A DNA stretch of 64,000 bases, taken from NCBI GenBank assembly GCA_964496425.1, contig CAZBZO010000002.1, forward strand, positions 130,450-194,449. The letters are read 5' to 3'. Made by a program: the position numbers and the translations under genes. The stretch's first letter is position 1. Every line of letters starts with the position of its first letter. This DNA is from an uncultured Candidatus Saccharibacteria bacterium. Lineage in GTDB: Bacteria > Patescibacteriota > Minisyncoccia > Phycocordibacterales > UBA9973. The notes beneath the pieces were generated by a model, which worked only from the letters and a program-made list of their open reading frames with translations, did no database searches and had not been told where the DNA came from. Below, piece after piece: positions 38,160 through 47,870 of the stretch.

Positions 38160-38588
38160 TTAACGTTTTGACCACTGTGGTGCCTTGCGAGCTTTTTTGA
38201 GTCCGAATTTACGGCGCTCTTTTGCACGCGGATCACGTTTCAAATATCCGCTTTGCTTGAGCTTTGGCTTCATTTCTGCATCAAAGATCACGAGTGCGCG
38301 AGCGAGCCCATGGCGAATCGCTTCTGCTTGTGAGTGTACTCCGCCGCCTGAAATAACGACAGTCACAGTGAATTTATCCTCTGGCTTTTCAGTGTTGTAT
38401 GGATCGATGATTATTTTTCGAAGTTCGTTGGTCTTAAAATATTCGTTGGCCGGGAGACCGTTTACCACGAAGCTAGACTTAGCTGCTGGTGTGAGACGTA
38501 CACGGGCGCTTGAAGTCTTGCGGCGACCGATCGTTTCAATATATTTTGTGTCTTTTTTATCTTTATCCATACAATTATTCTTTAACAA
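38160..38588 (-). CDS. rpsI: 30S ribosomal protein S9
   Basis: C-terminal ...PRAKERRKFGLKKARKAPQWSKR. 142 aa. Confidence 0.9.
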   Translation of the reverse strand: MLKNNCMDKDKKDTKYIETIGRRKTSSARVRLTPAAKSSFVVNGLPANEYFKTNELRKIIIDPYNTEKPEDKFTVTVVISGGGVHSQAEAIRHGLARALVIFDAEMKPKLKQSGYLKRDPRAKERRKFGLKKARKAPQWSKR

Positions 38589-38949
38589 TCAAATTTTTCA
38601 TAATGCGTGAGCGAAGTTTGTTGGAAGGCACCATACCATAGACTGCGAGACGAAATATTTCACTGTAGCCTTTTTTGGAAATAACATGCGCCATGGTGTC
38701 GGAACGAAGACCGTCTGGGTAGCCAGAATAACGCTTGTACTGCTTTGTGTTGAGCTTGGCTTCAGAAATCTTTGCGCGACTTGCGTTGGTGATCGTCACA
38801 GTGACTGGAGAAACGTTGTTTCTAGTAAACCCCGCAGCTGCTTTACCAACCAAAATCTTAGCCGCGGCGCTTGCCACTCGGCCAATACTTTGCTCGGTTG
38901 CATCGATCGTATGAGTTGTTTTTTCTGTTGCTTTGGAAATGGTGTTCAT
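38575..38949 (-). CDS. rplM: 50S ribosomal protein L13
   Basis: LGRVASAAAKILVGK... pattern. 124 aa, overlaps rpsI. Confidence 0.85.
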   Translation of the reverse strand: MNTISKATEKTTHTIDATEQSIGRVASAAAKILVGKAAAGFTRNNVSPVTVTITNASRAKISEAKLNTKQYKRYSGYPDGLRSDTMAHVISKKGYSEIFRLAVYGMVPSNKLRSRIMKNLIVKE

Positions 38950-38970
38950 AAAATTTTAATTATTGAAATA

Positions 38971-39324
38971 CTATACAAACTCAATCAATGCCATCTTACT
39001 TCCATCTGAAAGACGTGTTGGAAGCTTGGTAATGCGAGTATACCCTCCTTTTCGGTCAGCGTATTTTGGGGCAATCGTATCAAACAGCTTTTTGGTTTCT
39101 GGCTTTCGGTTCATAAGACGCGCTACCACAAGTCTTCGGGAAGCCACATCGCCTACTTTGGCCTTTGTCACGAGCTTATCCATATACGGTCGAAGTTCGC
39201 GCGCTTTCGCATCAGTTGTTTTTATTTTGCCGCGAGTAATCAAAGAAAGCGCCAAGCTCTTCAAGAGAGCGCTGCGGACTCCTTTTTTTCTGCCAAATTT
39301 TCTGTTGTTATTTCCGTGTCGCAT
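38971..39324 (-). CDS. rplQ: 50S ribosomal protein L17
   Basis: MRHGNNNRKFGRKKGVRSALLKSLALSLI. 117 aa. Confidence 0.9.
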   Translation of the reverse strand: MRHGNNNRKFGRKKGVRSALLKSLALSLITRGKIKTTDAKARELRPYMDKLVTKAKVGDVASRRLVVARLMNRKPETKKLFDTIAPKYADRKGGYTRITKLPTRLSDGSKMALIEFV

Positions 39325-39361
39325 GGGTAGTTATAGATAGTAGTAAATAGTTAATAGAAAA

Positions 39362-40327
39362 TTATTCTTTGAGGCCAATACCAAAGTTGCCGAGCACTTT
39401 TTTTATTTCAGTAATACCCTTCTCACCGATTCCTTCAAGCTCAAGCAAATCTTCTTTGCGCTTGCGAGCCACTCCTCCGATCGTGCGGATGTTTGCTCCT
39501 TGAAGAGCATTGAGCGTACGAGTGGTGAGTTCGAGGGTGTCGATGCGAGTTTTCAGTACATCGCTCATATCTTCCTTTGGGGATTCGTCTTTGGTTTTTC
39601 CACTTTCTTTTGCAGTTTCAGATGTACTTGTCTCTGGCTTAAAATCCAAAACAGCTTGGAGCTGGGAAATCATGATTTCAACTGATCGCTCAAGAGCTTC
39701 ACGTGGCGAAAATGTACCGTCGGTCTCGATCGCGATACGCAAACGGTTGAAGTTGGTCTTATCCCCCACACGCATGTTTTCCACTTCGTATGACACACGG
39801 CGGATCGGAGAAAAAATAGCATCGAGCGCAATAGTGCCGATATCAACCTTATTTTTTTCTAGCTCTTCTCGCTGAGCAAAGCCGAGGCCTTTTTCTATTT
39901 TAAATTCGATATTAAGTTTGGCATTTTTGTCGGTCAATTCGCAGATGTACTGATCAGGGTTGAGTACTTCTACTTGTCCTGTGCCTTTAATATCAGCAGC
40001 CGTCACAACTTTTGCTCCTTTGACTGAAAGTGTTATGGTCTGCGCTTCGTCAGTATTCATTTTAAAACGTACCAGCTTCAAATTGAGAAGTGTCATCACA
40101 ATATCTTCCTTCATTCCTTCCATCGTGGAAAATTCGTGTGAGACGCCGTCGATTTTAAGCGCGGTAATAGCTGCACCTGGAAGCGAGGATAGAATGATCC
40201 GTCGCAAAGAATTACCCAAGGTATGACCATACCCAGGATAAAGGTTGTCGATTTCATATACCCCTTTGCGATCTTCCTCGGATACGATGCGAGGTTTAGA
40301 GGGGAGCATGATTGTGTTGTCAGCCAT
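39362..40327 (-). CDS. rpoA: DNA-directed RNA polymerase alpha subunit
   Basis: N-terminal dimerisation domain (GYGHTLGNSLRRILLSS) and the C-terminal alphaCTD HhH (ELTTRTLNAL). 321 aa. Confidence 0.9.
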   Translation of the reverse strand: MADNTIMLPSKPRIVSEEDRKGVYEIDNLYPGYGHTLGNSLRRIILSSLPGAAITALKIDGVSHEFSTMEGMKEDIVMTLLNLKLVRFKMNTDEAQTITLSVKGAKVVTAADIKGTGQVEVLNPDQYICELTDKNAKLNIEFKIEKGLGFAQREELEKNKVDIGTIALDAIFSPIRRVSYEVENMRVGDKTNFNRLRIAIETDGTFSPREALERSVEIMISQLQAVLDFKPETSTSETAKESGKTKDESPKEDMSDVLKTRIDTLELTTRTLNALQGANIRTIGGVARKRKEDLLELEGIGEKGITEIKKVLGNFGIGLKE

Positions 40328-40356
40328 AGACCTTTTATAAAAAATTATTTAATAAA

Positions 40357-40965
40357 CTAACGACTATAAAATTCGAGCACTGATGTAAGATTCAAAAGAC
40401 CTGCTTCTTGTTTAGGTGCGCCAATAACGGTGCCTTCGAGCGTATCTGGATTAAACGTGAGCCAGGACGGGGTTGAGTAGGTTTTCAATCGTTTTCCCAA
40501 GTCATTGAAGAGAACACTGTTCTTACTCCCCTCGCGAATACGGATAATATCTCCTTGACGTACATGGTATGACGGAACTGTCACTCGGACGCCGTTTACT
40601 GTAAAGTGGCCATGCGAAACGAGTTGGCGAGCAAGCGGTCGTGTATGAGCGATACCGAGACGATACAGAGTGTTGTCGAGCCGAGTCTCAAGGTTTTCAA
40701 AGAGTGTGGATGCTGCACTTGAAGCTTTTTTGGTCACAGCAGCTTTTACGTAGTTTGAAAATTGCCGTTCAGAAAGTCCATAGCTAAAGCGAATGCGTTG
40801 CTTCTCGATCAGCTGAAGTCCGAAATCAGATGGTGCTTTTGGACGTTTCGTTCCTGAGCGCTTTCCCTTTTTTGCTTCAGACATGACAAACTTCGCAGTT
40901 TGGCATTGCTCAAACACTCCAGGACCCAATCTTCGACACACTTTGTATTTTTTCTTTGCGATCAT
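40357..40965 (-). CDS. rpsD: 30S ribosomal protein S4
   Basis: N-terminal KYKVCRRLG, an S4 RNA-binding domain and VNGVRVTVPSY. 202 aa. Confidence 0.9.
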   Translation of the reverse strand: MIAKKKYKVCRRLGPGVFEQCQTAKFVMSEAKKGKRSGTKRPKAPSDFGLQLIEKQRIRFSYGLSERQFSNYVKAAVTKKASSAASTLFENLETRLDNTLYRLGIAHTRPLARQLVSHGHFTVNGVRVTVPSYHVRQGDIIRIREGSKNSVLFNDLGKRLKTYSTPSWLTFNPDTLEGTVIGAPKQEAGLLNLTSVLEFYSR

Positions 40966-41001
40966 TTGTTGATAAATTAGTTAGTAGAAAATAGTAATTT
41001 A

Positions 41002-41445
41002 TTATACGCGACGAGGTTTCTTAGGCTTTGGACCGTTATGTGGTACAGGCGTTGCATCTTTGACTCCGGTGATATCGATACCATGAGCCATAAAAGATCG
41101 TACTACGGGTTCTCGTCCAGAGCCGACACCACGGATCACAACATCAGCTTCCACGATTCCCAATGCTTTGGCTTTTTCTCCGAGGATATCCCCTACTTTA
41201 GAAGCAGCAAATGGTGTACCTTTCTTTGCGCCGCGAAAACCTAAGCTACCAGCCGAAGACCAGAAAAGTGTATTGCCACCTTTGTCAGCAAATACCACTT
41301 TTGTATTGTTGAATGTTGCCTCAATAGACAAAATACCTGAAGTCAATTTCTTCTTTGGTAATTTTGCCTCTACTGGTTTTACTACTTCAGCGTTTCCAGC
41401 ATCAGCCTCGGCTCCTTCTTTAGTTATGATTTTCTTTTTTCCCAT
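41002..41445 (-). CDS. rpsK: 30S ribosomal protein S11
   Basis: ...GVGSGREPVVRSFMAHGIDITGVKDATPVPHNGPKPKKPRRV. 147 aa. Confidence 0.9.
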   Translation of the reverse strand: MGKKKIITKEGAEADAGNAEVVKPVEAKLPKKKLTSGILSIEATFNNTKVVFADKGGNTLFWSSAGSLGFRGAKKGTPFAASKVGDILGEKAKALGIVEADVVIRGVGSGREPVVRSFMAHGIDITGVKDATPVPHNGPKPKKPRRV

Positions 41446-41493
41446 TGGAATATATGTGTTTGTGTTATGATCTCCTGCTTTCTCCTTCCTATT

Positions 41494-41874
41494 TTATGTC
41501 TTCTCTACCTTACGGCGACCACTACCCATAGTCTTTCTGATATTTCCTCGTACGGTTCGGGAGTTGGTTTTTGTTCTCTGGCCTGAGACTGGGAGCCGGC
41601 GGAGATGTCTCACTCCGCGATAGCACTTAATATCTTTCAAGCGCTTAATGTTGGCTGCAACCTCACGTTTGAGGTTACCTTCAATCTTAAGCTCTTCAAC
41701 AATTTTTCTGATTTGATTTTCTTCAGCCGCAGAAAGATCAGCTGCATGAGTACTTGGCTTTACTCCGACATCGGTCAATATTTTTCGAGCACGCGGAATA
41801 CCGATGCCGTACAGAGATGTGAGGCCGATTTCAAGACGTTTATCGTTTGGGATTGTGATACCGAGAATTCTCAT
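41494..41874 (-). CDS. rpsM: 30S ribosomal protein S13
   Basis: MRILGITIPNDKRLEIGLTSLYGIG. 126 aa. Confidence 0.9.
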   Translation of the reverse strand: MRILGITIPNDKRLEIGLTSLYGIGIPRARKILTDVGVKPSTHAADLSAAEENQIRKIVEELKIEGNLKREVAANIKRLKDIKCYRGVRHLRRLPVSGQRTKTNSRTVRGNIRKTMGSGRRKVEKT

Positions 41875-41879
41875 AAAAA

Positions 41880-41990
41880 TTATTGTTTTTGCTTATGCTT
41901 AGGATTCGTACAAATAACCCGAAGGTGTCTCTTTCGGCGAATAAGTTTGCAAGATTCACACATTTTTTTTACTCGGGCTCGTACTTTCAT
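41880..41990 (-). CDS. rpmJ: 50S ribosomal protein L36
   Basis: Not in the ORF track. RC translation gives [36 protein letters not shown], with the CxxC...C...H zinc ribbon of L36. Confidence 0.8.
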   Translation of the reverse strand: MKVRARVKKMCESCKLIRRKRHLRVICTNPKHKQKQ

Positions 41991-42072
41991 ATGTAAAATT
42001 TATTGGGATTTAATTTCTATAGTACAAAATAAAGGGCATAACCCTTATTTTGGATACGTAATACCTATGCTG

Positions 42073-42294
42073 TTATAGACGCTTCACAATTCTACCTTTT
42101 CCACCGTAGGGATCAAGTACGACCTCTACTTTATCACCAACCAGTACCTTGATACGGTTCATGCGCATTTTGCCAGAAAGGTATGCGAGTAACTCTGTTT
42201 CGTCGCCAAGACGTACTCGAAAGAGCGTATTTGGCAATGCTTCAGAGACGACCCCTCCTGTCGTGCTCATTTTTTGATCTTTTTCAGTACCCAT
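42073..42294 (-). CDS. infA: Translation initiation factor IF-1
   Basis: GVVSEALPNTLFRVRLGDETELLAYLSGKMRMNRIKVLVGDKVEV matches the IF-1 S1-like fold. The likely start is MGTEK. Confidence 0.85.
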   Translation of the reverse strand: MGTEKDQKMSTTGGVVSEALPNTLFRVRLGDETELLAYLSGKMRMNRIKVLVGDKVEVVLDPYGGKGRIVKRL

Positions 42295-42396
42295 TAGTGA
42301 GTTCGTAGATAGTAACAAATATCATTCTATAAGTCAAATTAAAAACATCTGATAACTCTCGCGTTTGAGCGCCATAACAAGAAAACAAAAATACCT

Positions 42397-43671
42397 TTAT
42401 TCTATATGGACTTTTATGTCTTTGGAGTCAGTCGGCAAGGTCATTTTCCAAAATGGAGTAAGCATCAACTCCGCAGTATCCACACTTAAGTTTTGAGCTA
42501 ATATTTTTTGGAAATCCTTTTTGGCTGTACCGAGGAGCGATGCGACCAATGCATCAGTATCTATGCTCCACACAGCGTTGCCGGTACCGCTTAACAAGAA
42601 AGAAATCTCCTCTGTTTGAAGCGGTGAGACATCTGTTTTGTTTGAAAGCGTGGCAGTTGCCTCATGCAAGTTTGTAATGCGTACCGCGTCTCGATCTTTC
42701 TCGGTAGTGAAGCTTTTTGCCAGAGTTCGTTCGAGAGTTTTACGATGTATGAGAAGGGCTGAGATTGTTGCATGAAGTGAGACTGGCACAGACGCAGAAG
42801 ATGAGGAAAGTGTAAGAGTAGAGTCAGTATCAGGGCTAAAGAAAATCAAATCATCGTAAAGAATAAAATCCTCGGGAACTTGAGCACGAAGCTCTTGAGT
42901 CAAATTGGCTCGAGCTTTCTCCACAAGCGAATCTCTCGCTGCAAGCGCACTGGTTTCTGAAATTTTATGTACCTGGCCTTCTGTTCCACCTGAAATATCG
43001 CTTTTTGAACGGGCAAAAAATTTCTCAAATTTTGCACTCCCGGCAAAACCAGGAATCGTAAAGTCCGACGGCCCGATGTTGTACTCTGGTCCTGCCTGGT
43101 CTGCTGTCACTGTCACCGTCACAGAGCCAGGGACGATCGTAGTACCTGTTTTGGTATATCCCGGCACAGTAACTTGCTTATCGATCCGGTAAATTTTCTT
43201 ATCAGGTGTTTGAAGACGAGTCGTAGCTACTAAACCCTGTGAAGCAGTGGAATATTCATTGTAAATAACAACGGTACCGGTAGCTTTTTCTGAGGCAGTG
43301 GATGTCGTCTCCCCTGGCACATCGATTGTCTCATCATCAGTGAGCGACATGACTGTAAAAGATACTGCTTCAGGGTCAGTCGAGTCTTTCAGTGCTACCA
43401 CGGTATCGTCAAGCGTAACAACTTTTGATTTTGGCACAACGTTTACCGTTGCTCCAGCAAAAATAAACGAAAGCGAAAATAACAACACTATAATAGCTGG
43501 TATCGCAATAAACCAGAGCACATGGCGACGCGGTGGTGGTGGAGCCTGATAAACCTCCTGCTCTTGATAGGTCGCGGGCTCTTCTACTTCCACCCGTGTT
43601 GTGCTCGTCTTGGCTCGCGTCACAGTAGTACGTGTGAGGGGTTGTATATCTTGTAAAATATTTTTTTTCAT
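42397..43671 (-). CDS. Bitopic membrane protein (cytoplasmic N-terminus, one TM, large T/S/V-rich extracytoplasmic domain); possibly a PilN/PilO-like partner of the upstream actin-like ATPase
   Basis: 424 aa with a single TM (LWFIAIPAIIVLLFSLSFIFAG). Starts 3 nt after the stop of the PilM/FtsA-like gene. Confidence 0.45.
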   Translation of the reverse strand: MKKNILQDIQPLTRTTVTRAKTSTTRVEVEEPATYQEQEVYQAPPPPRRHVLWFIAIPAIIVLLFSLSFIFAGATVNVVPKSKVVTLDDTVVALKDSTDPEAVSFTVMSLTDDETIDVPGETTSTASEKATGTVVIYNEYSTASQGLVATTRLQTPDKKIYRIDKQVTVPGYTKTGTTIVPGSVTVTVTADQAGPEYNIGPSDFTIPGFAGSAKFEKFFARSKSDISGGTEGQVHKISETSALAARDSLVEKARANLTQELRAQVPEDFILYDDLIFFSPDTDSTLTLSSSSASVPVSLHATISALLIHRKTLERTLAKSFTTEKDRDAVRITNLHEATATLSNKTDVSPLQTEEISFLLSGTGNAVWSIDTDALVASLLGTAKKDFQKILAQNLSVDTAELMLTPFWKMTLPTDSKDIKVHIE

Positions 43672-43673
43672 AA

Positions 43674-44858
43674 TTATTTTTTAGTAAGTGTGTGTATAAA
43701 AATGCTTTCAAGCATGATAAAGGGGTTGCGTACTACTCGATCACCAGAAGTACAAAAATCATGCAGAACCGCTGGTCCTATAAGTATAACATTAAATTTT
43801 TTTTCTGAGAGTACATGTTGGCTAAATTCTTCAGCTTGTATCACTTCGACAAACCAAGAGGCAATATCTTCATCGACCGTGACAAATACCTGCTCGGGTA
43901 CTGACAATTCATCTGAGATAGAAAATAATGCTTGTTGAAAAGCTGAAAGCCAATCTTTTTTTGCTTGGGTAAATATGGGTTGAAGGGCTGCTTTGGCAGC
44001 TTCCTCCATGCCACCGCCTAAAAAGAGTGCAATGAGAGACCGTATTTCTGCGGGAGTTTTACCGAGCTGCGTAGCAATACGGCGCAAAATAAAATTTTTA
44101 CCGAGAGGGAAAGAGACGGATTCGACGAGGTTGGTATTTTTAATGATAGACACATCAGTGACCTCTCCACCAATATCCAAAAGTAGGAAGTTGTGATCAT
44201 GGGCAAACAAATTGCGGGAAACGACAAAAGAAGAGAACAAAAATGAAAGAAAGTTGATTGCTGGTAGGGTAAAAGATTTTTCAATCGCATGCTCCACGCG
44301 TTCGATCACAATCTTTGGACTAACGCTAAAAAATGCTGTGAGCTCAATCTCGCGTGCTTTTTTCCCAAATGGAGTTTCAGTTTGATACCCGTTGAGTTTG
44401 ATTTCAATATTTTTTGTTTCCAAAAGTTTTAGGTTGCCCGGATCACCAAACTTTTTTAGATCCACTGCTTCAAATGATGTAATCTCTTTATTGATAAGCT
44501 CGGTTGAAAGTTTCTCCGTAAAAAGAAAAGGTGCATTCTTAGAAAGCTTCATTACTCTGATCTGTGAGGCATACCACGGGGATGCCATGAAACAAAAGGC
44601 CTTTTTCGGAGCACCGAGCTTGATATCTTTCAAAAGACGGGCAACGGTAGCTACGGACTCCTGCATAACGTTTAAAAATTTATCAAAGGAAAGATCGTCG
44701 GATAGCTCAAGTTCGACCGTGGTCGTGTACACAATAGTTGGTTTTGAAGATATTTTAGAATCAGCTGGCATACGAACAAGCGCTCCAGACACAGACGCAC
44801 TGCCGATATCAAAAATAGCAACAAGCTCTTCGTTTTTTGATGAGGAAAATATTCCCAT
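43674..44858 (-). CDS. Actin-fold ATPase, FtsA/PilM-like
   Basis: N-terminal IFDIGSASVSGALV (phosphate-1) and LLLDIGGEVTDVSII (phosphate-2), an actin-like ATPase layout. 394 aa. No ftsZ adjacent. Confidence 0.6.
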   Translation of the reverse strand: MGIFSSSKNEELVAIFDIGSASVSGALVRMPADSKISSKPTIVYTTTVELELSDDLSFDKFLNVMQESVATVARLLKDIKLGAPKKAFCFMASPWYASQIRVMKLSKNAPFLFTEKLSTELINKEITSFEAVDLKKFGDPGNLKLLETKNIEIKLNGYQTETPFGKKAREIELTAFFSVSPKIVIERVEHAIEKSFTLPAINFLSFLFSSFVVSRNLFAHDHNFLLLDIGGEVTDVSIIKNTNLVESVSFPLGKNFILRRIATQLGKTPAEIRSLIALFLGGGMEEAAKAALQPIFTQAKKDWLSAFQQALFSISDELSVPEQVFVTVDEDIASWFVEVIQAEEFSQHVLSEKKFNVILIGPAVLHDFCTSGDRVVRNPFIMLESIFIHTLTKK

Positions 44859-44914
44859 AGCTCTTAGTAGTATAGCATGGTGAATAAATCTAACGATAGT
44901 AAAATTTTATTTTG

Positions 44915-46654
44915 CTAACTGAGCACTGCCTTAATACGCCGCACGCCTTGCGATGATGCTTCTTCTTTTTGGATTTTGAAACTACCAAGCTCGCTTGTAC
45001 GCGCTACATGCGGGCCACCACAGAATTCTTTTGAGATTGGTTGGTTGTTTTTATCTAAAATCATGTAGACCGAAACCATATCAGGATACTTGGCACCGAA
45101 TTCCATTTCCGCTCCGATTTTTTCTGCCTCATCACGAGGCATTTCACGGCGGACTACTTCAAGATCCCCTGCTATCCAATCATTGACGAGAGTTTCTGCT
45201 TTTTGTTTTTCTTCGTCTGTCATTTTTCTATCAAATGCAAAGTCGATACGGAGCCGCTCTTCAGTAATGTTACTTCCCCGTTGTTTGACTTCTTTGCCCA
45301 AGACTTGCTGCAATGCAGCCAAAAGCAAATGATGCGCTGTATGCAAACGAATAGTTTTTTCGTTGTGATTGGCAAGCCCGCCTTTAAACATACCGGCGGA
45401 AGCGGTTTGAGAAAGTTTCTGATGCTCAGCCATTTTGGTATTGAAATCCTCCATATCAATCGTCTGGCCTTTCTCTTTAGTAAGTTCAACTGTCAGCTCA
45501 ATTGGGAAACCATATGTTGTAGCAAGAATAAAGGGATCTACTCCTTTTTCGAATTCTTTTTCTCCAACATAAAGGGTTTTAGTAAATTTTTCCTTTTCTG
45601 TGTAGAAAATATTTTTTATATCCACTTCTCCAAGTACAGGATAAATTTCTTTATAAAAATTAACAAAGTAGTCAATTACTTCTGGAGCAATATGACTACC
45701 GAGAAGTTTAATTTTCATTTTGAAAATAGCCCGGCGAAGTAATCGTCGCAAGACATATCCTTGATCTTTATTACCCGGAACAACACCGTCCGCAATAAGA
45801 AAACTTGAGGTTCTCAAATGGTCTGCGACTATTCGTGCCTCTTTTTCTTCATAATTTTTTGAGTTTTTCTTAATTATATCTAGCGCTGATGTAAAAATAT
45901 CTGTCTCATACGCCGTCTTCGTTCCTTGCATTACTGCTGTGATGCGCTCAAGTCCTGCACCAGTATCAACATTCCTTTGAGTAAGTTTGCCGATCACCTT
46001 TCCATCTTTTTTCTCATATTCCATAAAAACGTCATTCCATATTTCAATGACATCTTCTTTTTTCACTGCATCAATAAATTGCTCTTTATTAAGGTCACCT
46101 ATTGTACCGGTCACATCGTAAAACATTTCTGTGCACGGACCACAGGGACCATTGTCACCGGGACTCCACCAGTTATCATCTGCTGGCAATGCATAAATCC
46201 TGTCCTCTGGAATGCCAAGACTTTTCCAAATCCCAATTGACTCCGTATCAAGTGGCGCATTTTCATCTCCTTCAAATACGGTGACGTAGAGCTGTGCAGG
46301 GTTGAGTCCTAGGCCTTCTTCTTTTGATGTGAGAAATTCATAGCTCCACTTAATCGCGTCTTCTTTGAAGTAGTCGCCGAGCGACCAGTTGCCCATCATT
46401 TCAAAAAAAGAAAAGTGACGATTGTCGCCAATATCATCGAGATCGCCCGTACGCACACATTTTTGAATATCAGCGATTCGTTTGCCGGCTGGATGTGGCT
46501 CGCCAAGAAGATACGGCACGAGAGGCTGCATGCCGGCTGTATTGAAAAGCACTGATGGATCGTTTAAGGGCACAAGTGGCGCCGACGGAATAATCGCATG
46601 GCCGCGAGCAGCAAAAAAAGCCAGGAATCGCTTACGTATTTCTTCGGATTGCAT
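44915..46654 (-). CDS. alaS: Alanine--tRNA ligase, short form lacking the C-Ala domain
   Basis: Class II AlaRS catalytic core (FLAFFAARGHAIIPSAPL...FFEMMGNWSLGDYFK) and an editing-domain HxxxH (HTAHHLL). Only 579 aa, against about 870 for canonical AlaRS. Confidence 0.85.
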   Translation of the reverse strand: MQSEEIRKRFLAFFAARGHAIIPSAPLVPLNDPSVLFNTAGMQPLVPYLLGEPHPAGKRIADIQKCVRTGDLDDIGDNRHFSFFEMMGNWSLGDYFKEDAIKWSYEFLTSKEEGLGLNPAQLYVTVFEGDENAPLDTESIGIWKSLGIPEDRIYALPADDNWWSPGDNGPCGPCTEMFYDVTGTIGDLNKEQFIDAVKKEDVIEIWNDVFMEYEKKDGKVIGKLTQRNVDTGAGLERITAVMQGTKTAYETDIFTSALDIIKKNSKNYEEKEARIVADHLRTSSFLIADGVVPGNKDQGYVLRRLLRRAIFKMKIKLLGSHIAPEVIDYFVNFYKEIYPVLGEVDIKNIFYTEKEKFTKTLYVGEKEFEKGVDPFILATTYGFPIELTVELTKEKGQTIDMEDFNTKMAEHQKLSQTASAGMFKGGLANHNEKTIRLHTAHHLLLAALQQVLGKEVKQRGSNITEERLRIDFAFDRKMTDEEKQKAETLVNDWIAGDLEVVRREMPRDEAEKIGAEMEFGAKYPDMVSVYMILDKNNQPISKEFCGGPHVARTSELGSFKIQKEEASSQGVRRIKAVLS

Positions 46655-46686
46655 GGCGGCAGTATATCAGAAAAAAGGAGAGCTTT

Positions 46687-47202
46687 CTAGAGATCGGAAG
46701 AGCGATCTTCGCGTATAGTTTCTTTTTTGTGCGTAGGAATATCTGTTTGGAATTTCTTGATGTATTCCTCCACAAACCACAGTACAGTGAAGACAAAAAG
46801 CATAAGCAAAGTCGCGGTGATACTCAAAGAGTAAAGTCCAAAGCCAGTCGCCATACCGATACCGGCACAGACCCAAATGCTTGTAGCTGTTGTGACACCA
46901 GTGAGAGTATGGTCATGCCAGATCATAAGACCTGCACCAAGGAAACCAATACCGGAGACAATAGCAGCTGGTATTTGAAAAATATTTGAGTCCATAAATC
47001 CTTCTCCGAGAGCAATCTTTGCTGTGGCTTGTGAGATGACTACAAAAAGTGCAGCGCCCATAGAAACGAGCGCGTAGGTGCGCATACCCGCAGTCTTGTG
47101 CGCCAAAATGCGTTCTATACCGATCACCATACCAAGTAGCATAGCAAGTCCGAGCTTCATCAATGGCTCAAGATATGGATGCGAAAGAAAAAGTTGTTCC
47201 AT
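46687..47202 (-). CDS. mgtC: MgtC/SapB-family membrane protein
   Basis: LGLAMLLGMVIGIERILAHKTAGMRTYALVSMGAALF matches the MgtC N-terminal domain. 171 aa. Confidence 0.75.
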   Translation of the reverse strand: MEQLFLSHPYLEPLMKLGLAMLLGMVIGIERILAHKTAGMRTYALVSMGAALFVVISQATAKIALGEGFMDSNIFQIPAAIVSGIGFLGAGLMIWHDHTLTGVTTATSIWVCAGIGMATGFGLYSLSITATLLMLFVFTVLWFVEEYIKKFQTDIPTHKKETIREDRSSDL

Positions 47203-47283
47203 AATATAAGTATAACAAATATATAAAAAAATACAGTCGATTGAATTAACAATCGACTGGTGGGTAATTTGAAAGCTTTTGCT

Positions 47284-47739
47284 TTACGCATGGCTGAGTG
47301 ACTCATTTCTCATTGCCAATAAAGTATCGCGAGCAGGGGTATCAGAAGAAAAAAGTGATATAAGCGCACTCAAAATTCCTTCGCAAGGGATATTTTTTTC
47401 TATCGATGAAAAAATTTTTTCCTTTGTGACAATTCTCCACTTTATAGTCCGATCTTCCCTATAATCTTCCATCAACCACCCGAGTTCAACATTTTTCATT
47501 TTATAAGCTTCGAATGCTATATCTTTTAATTCGCCGCTCCGCTGAGAATAGACTTTAAACAACCTGCTTACAGGCAAATCTCGCATAAATGTAATATTCA
47601 GGCGATATTCAAAATACAAAAAGGAAATAGCCTCAACAAAATCTCCTCCCTTTAGTGCAATGGTGTGCTGCACTTCTGCTTGAAAATAATGATGTAAAGG
47701 TCCAGTTAATCTTGATTTTAGAAGTTGCAATTTTTTCAT
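47284..47739 (-). CDS. Hypothetical protein
   Basis: 151-aa ORF with no motif I can name. Confidence 0.4.
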   Translation of the reverse strand: MKKLQLLKSRLTGPLHHYFQAEVQHTIALKGGDFVEAISFLYFEYRLNITFMRDLPVSRLFKVYSQRSGELKDIAFEAYKMKNVELGWLMEDYREDRTIKWRIVTKEKIFSSIEKNIPCEGILSALISLFSSDTPARDTLLAMRNESLSHA

Positions 47740-47870
47740 TGCTTTAGATTTTTTTTGTTAACGAAATGTTCAAAATCAATCGAGTATGCCAAAAAAATGT
47801 ATCTGTGTCAATAAAAAAACAGCCTTACCAATAATTGGTAAGGCGTTATATTGTATCTATCTTTTATGTT

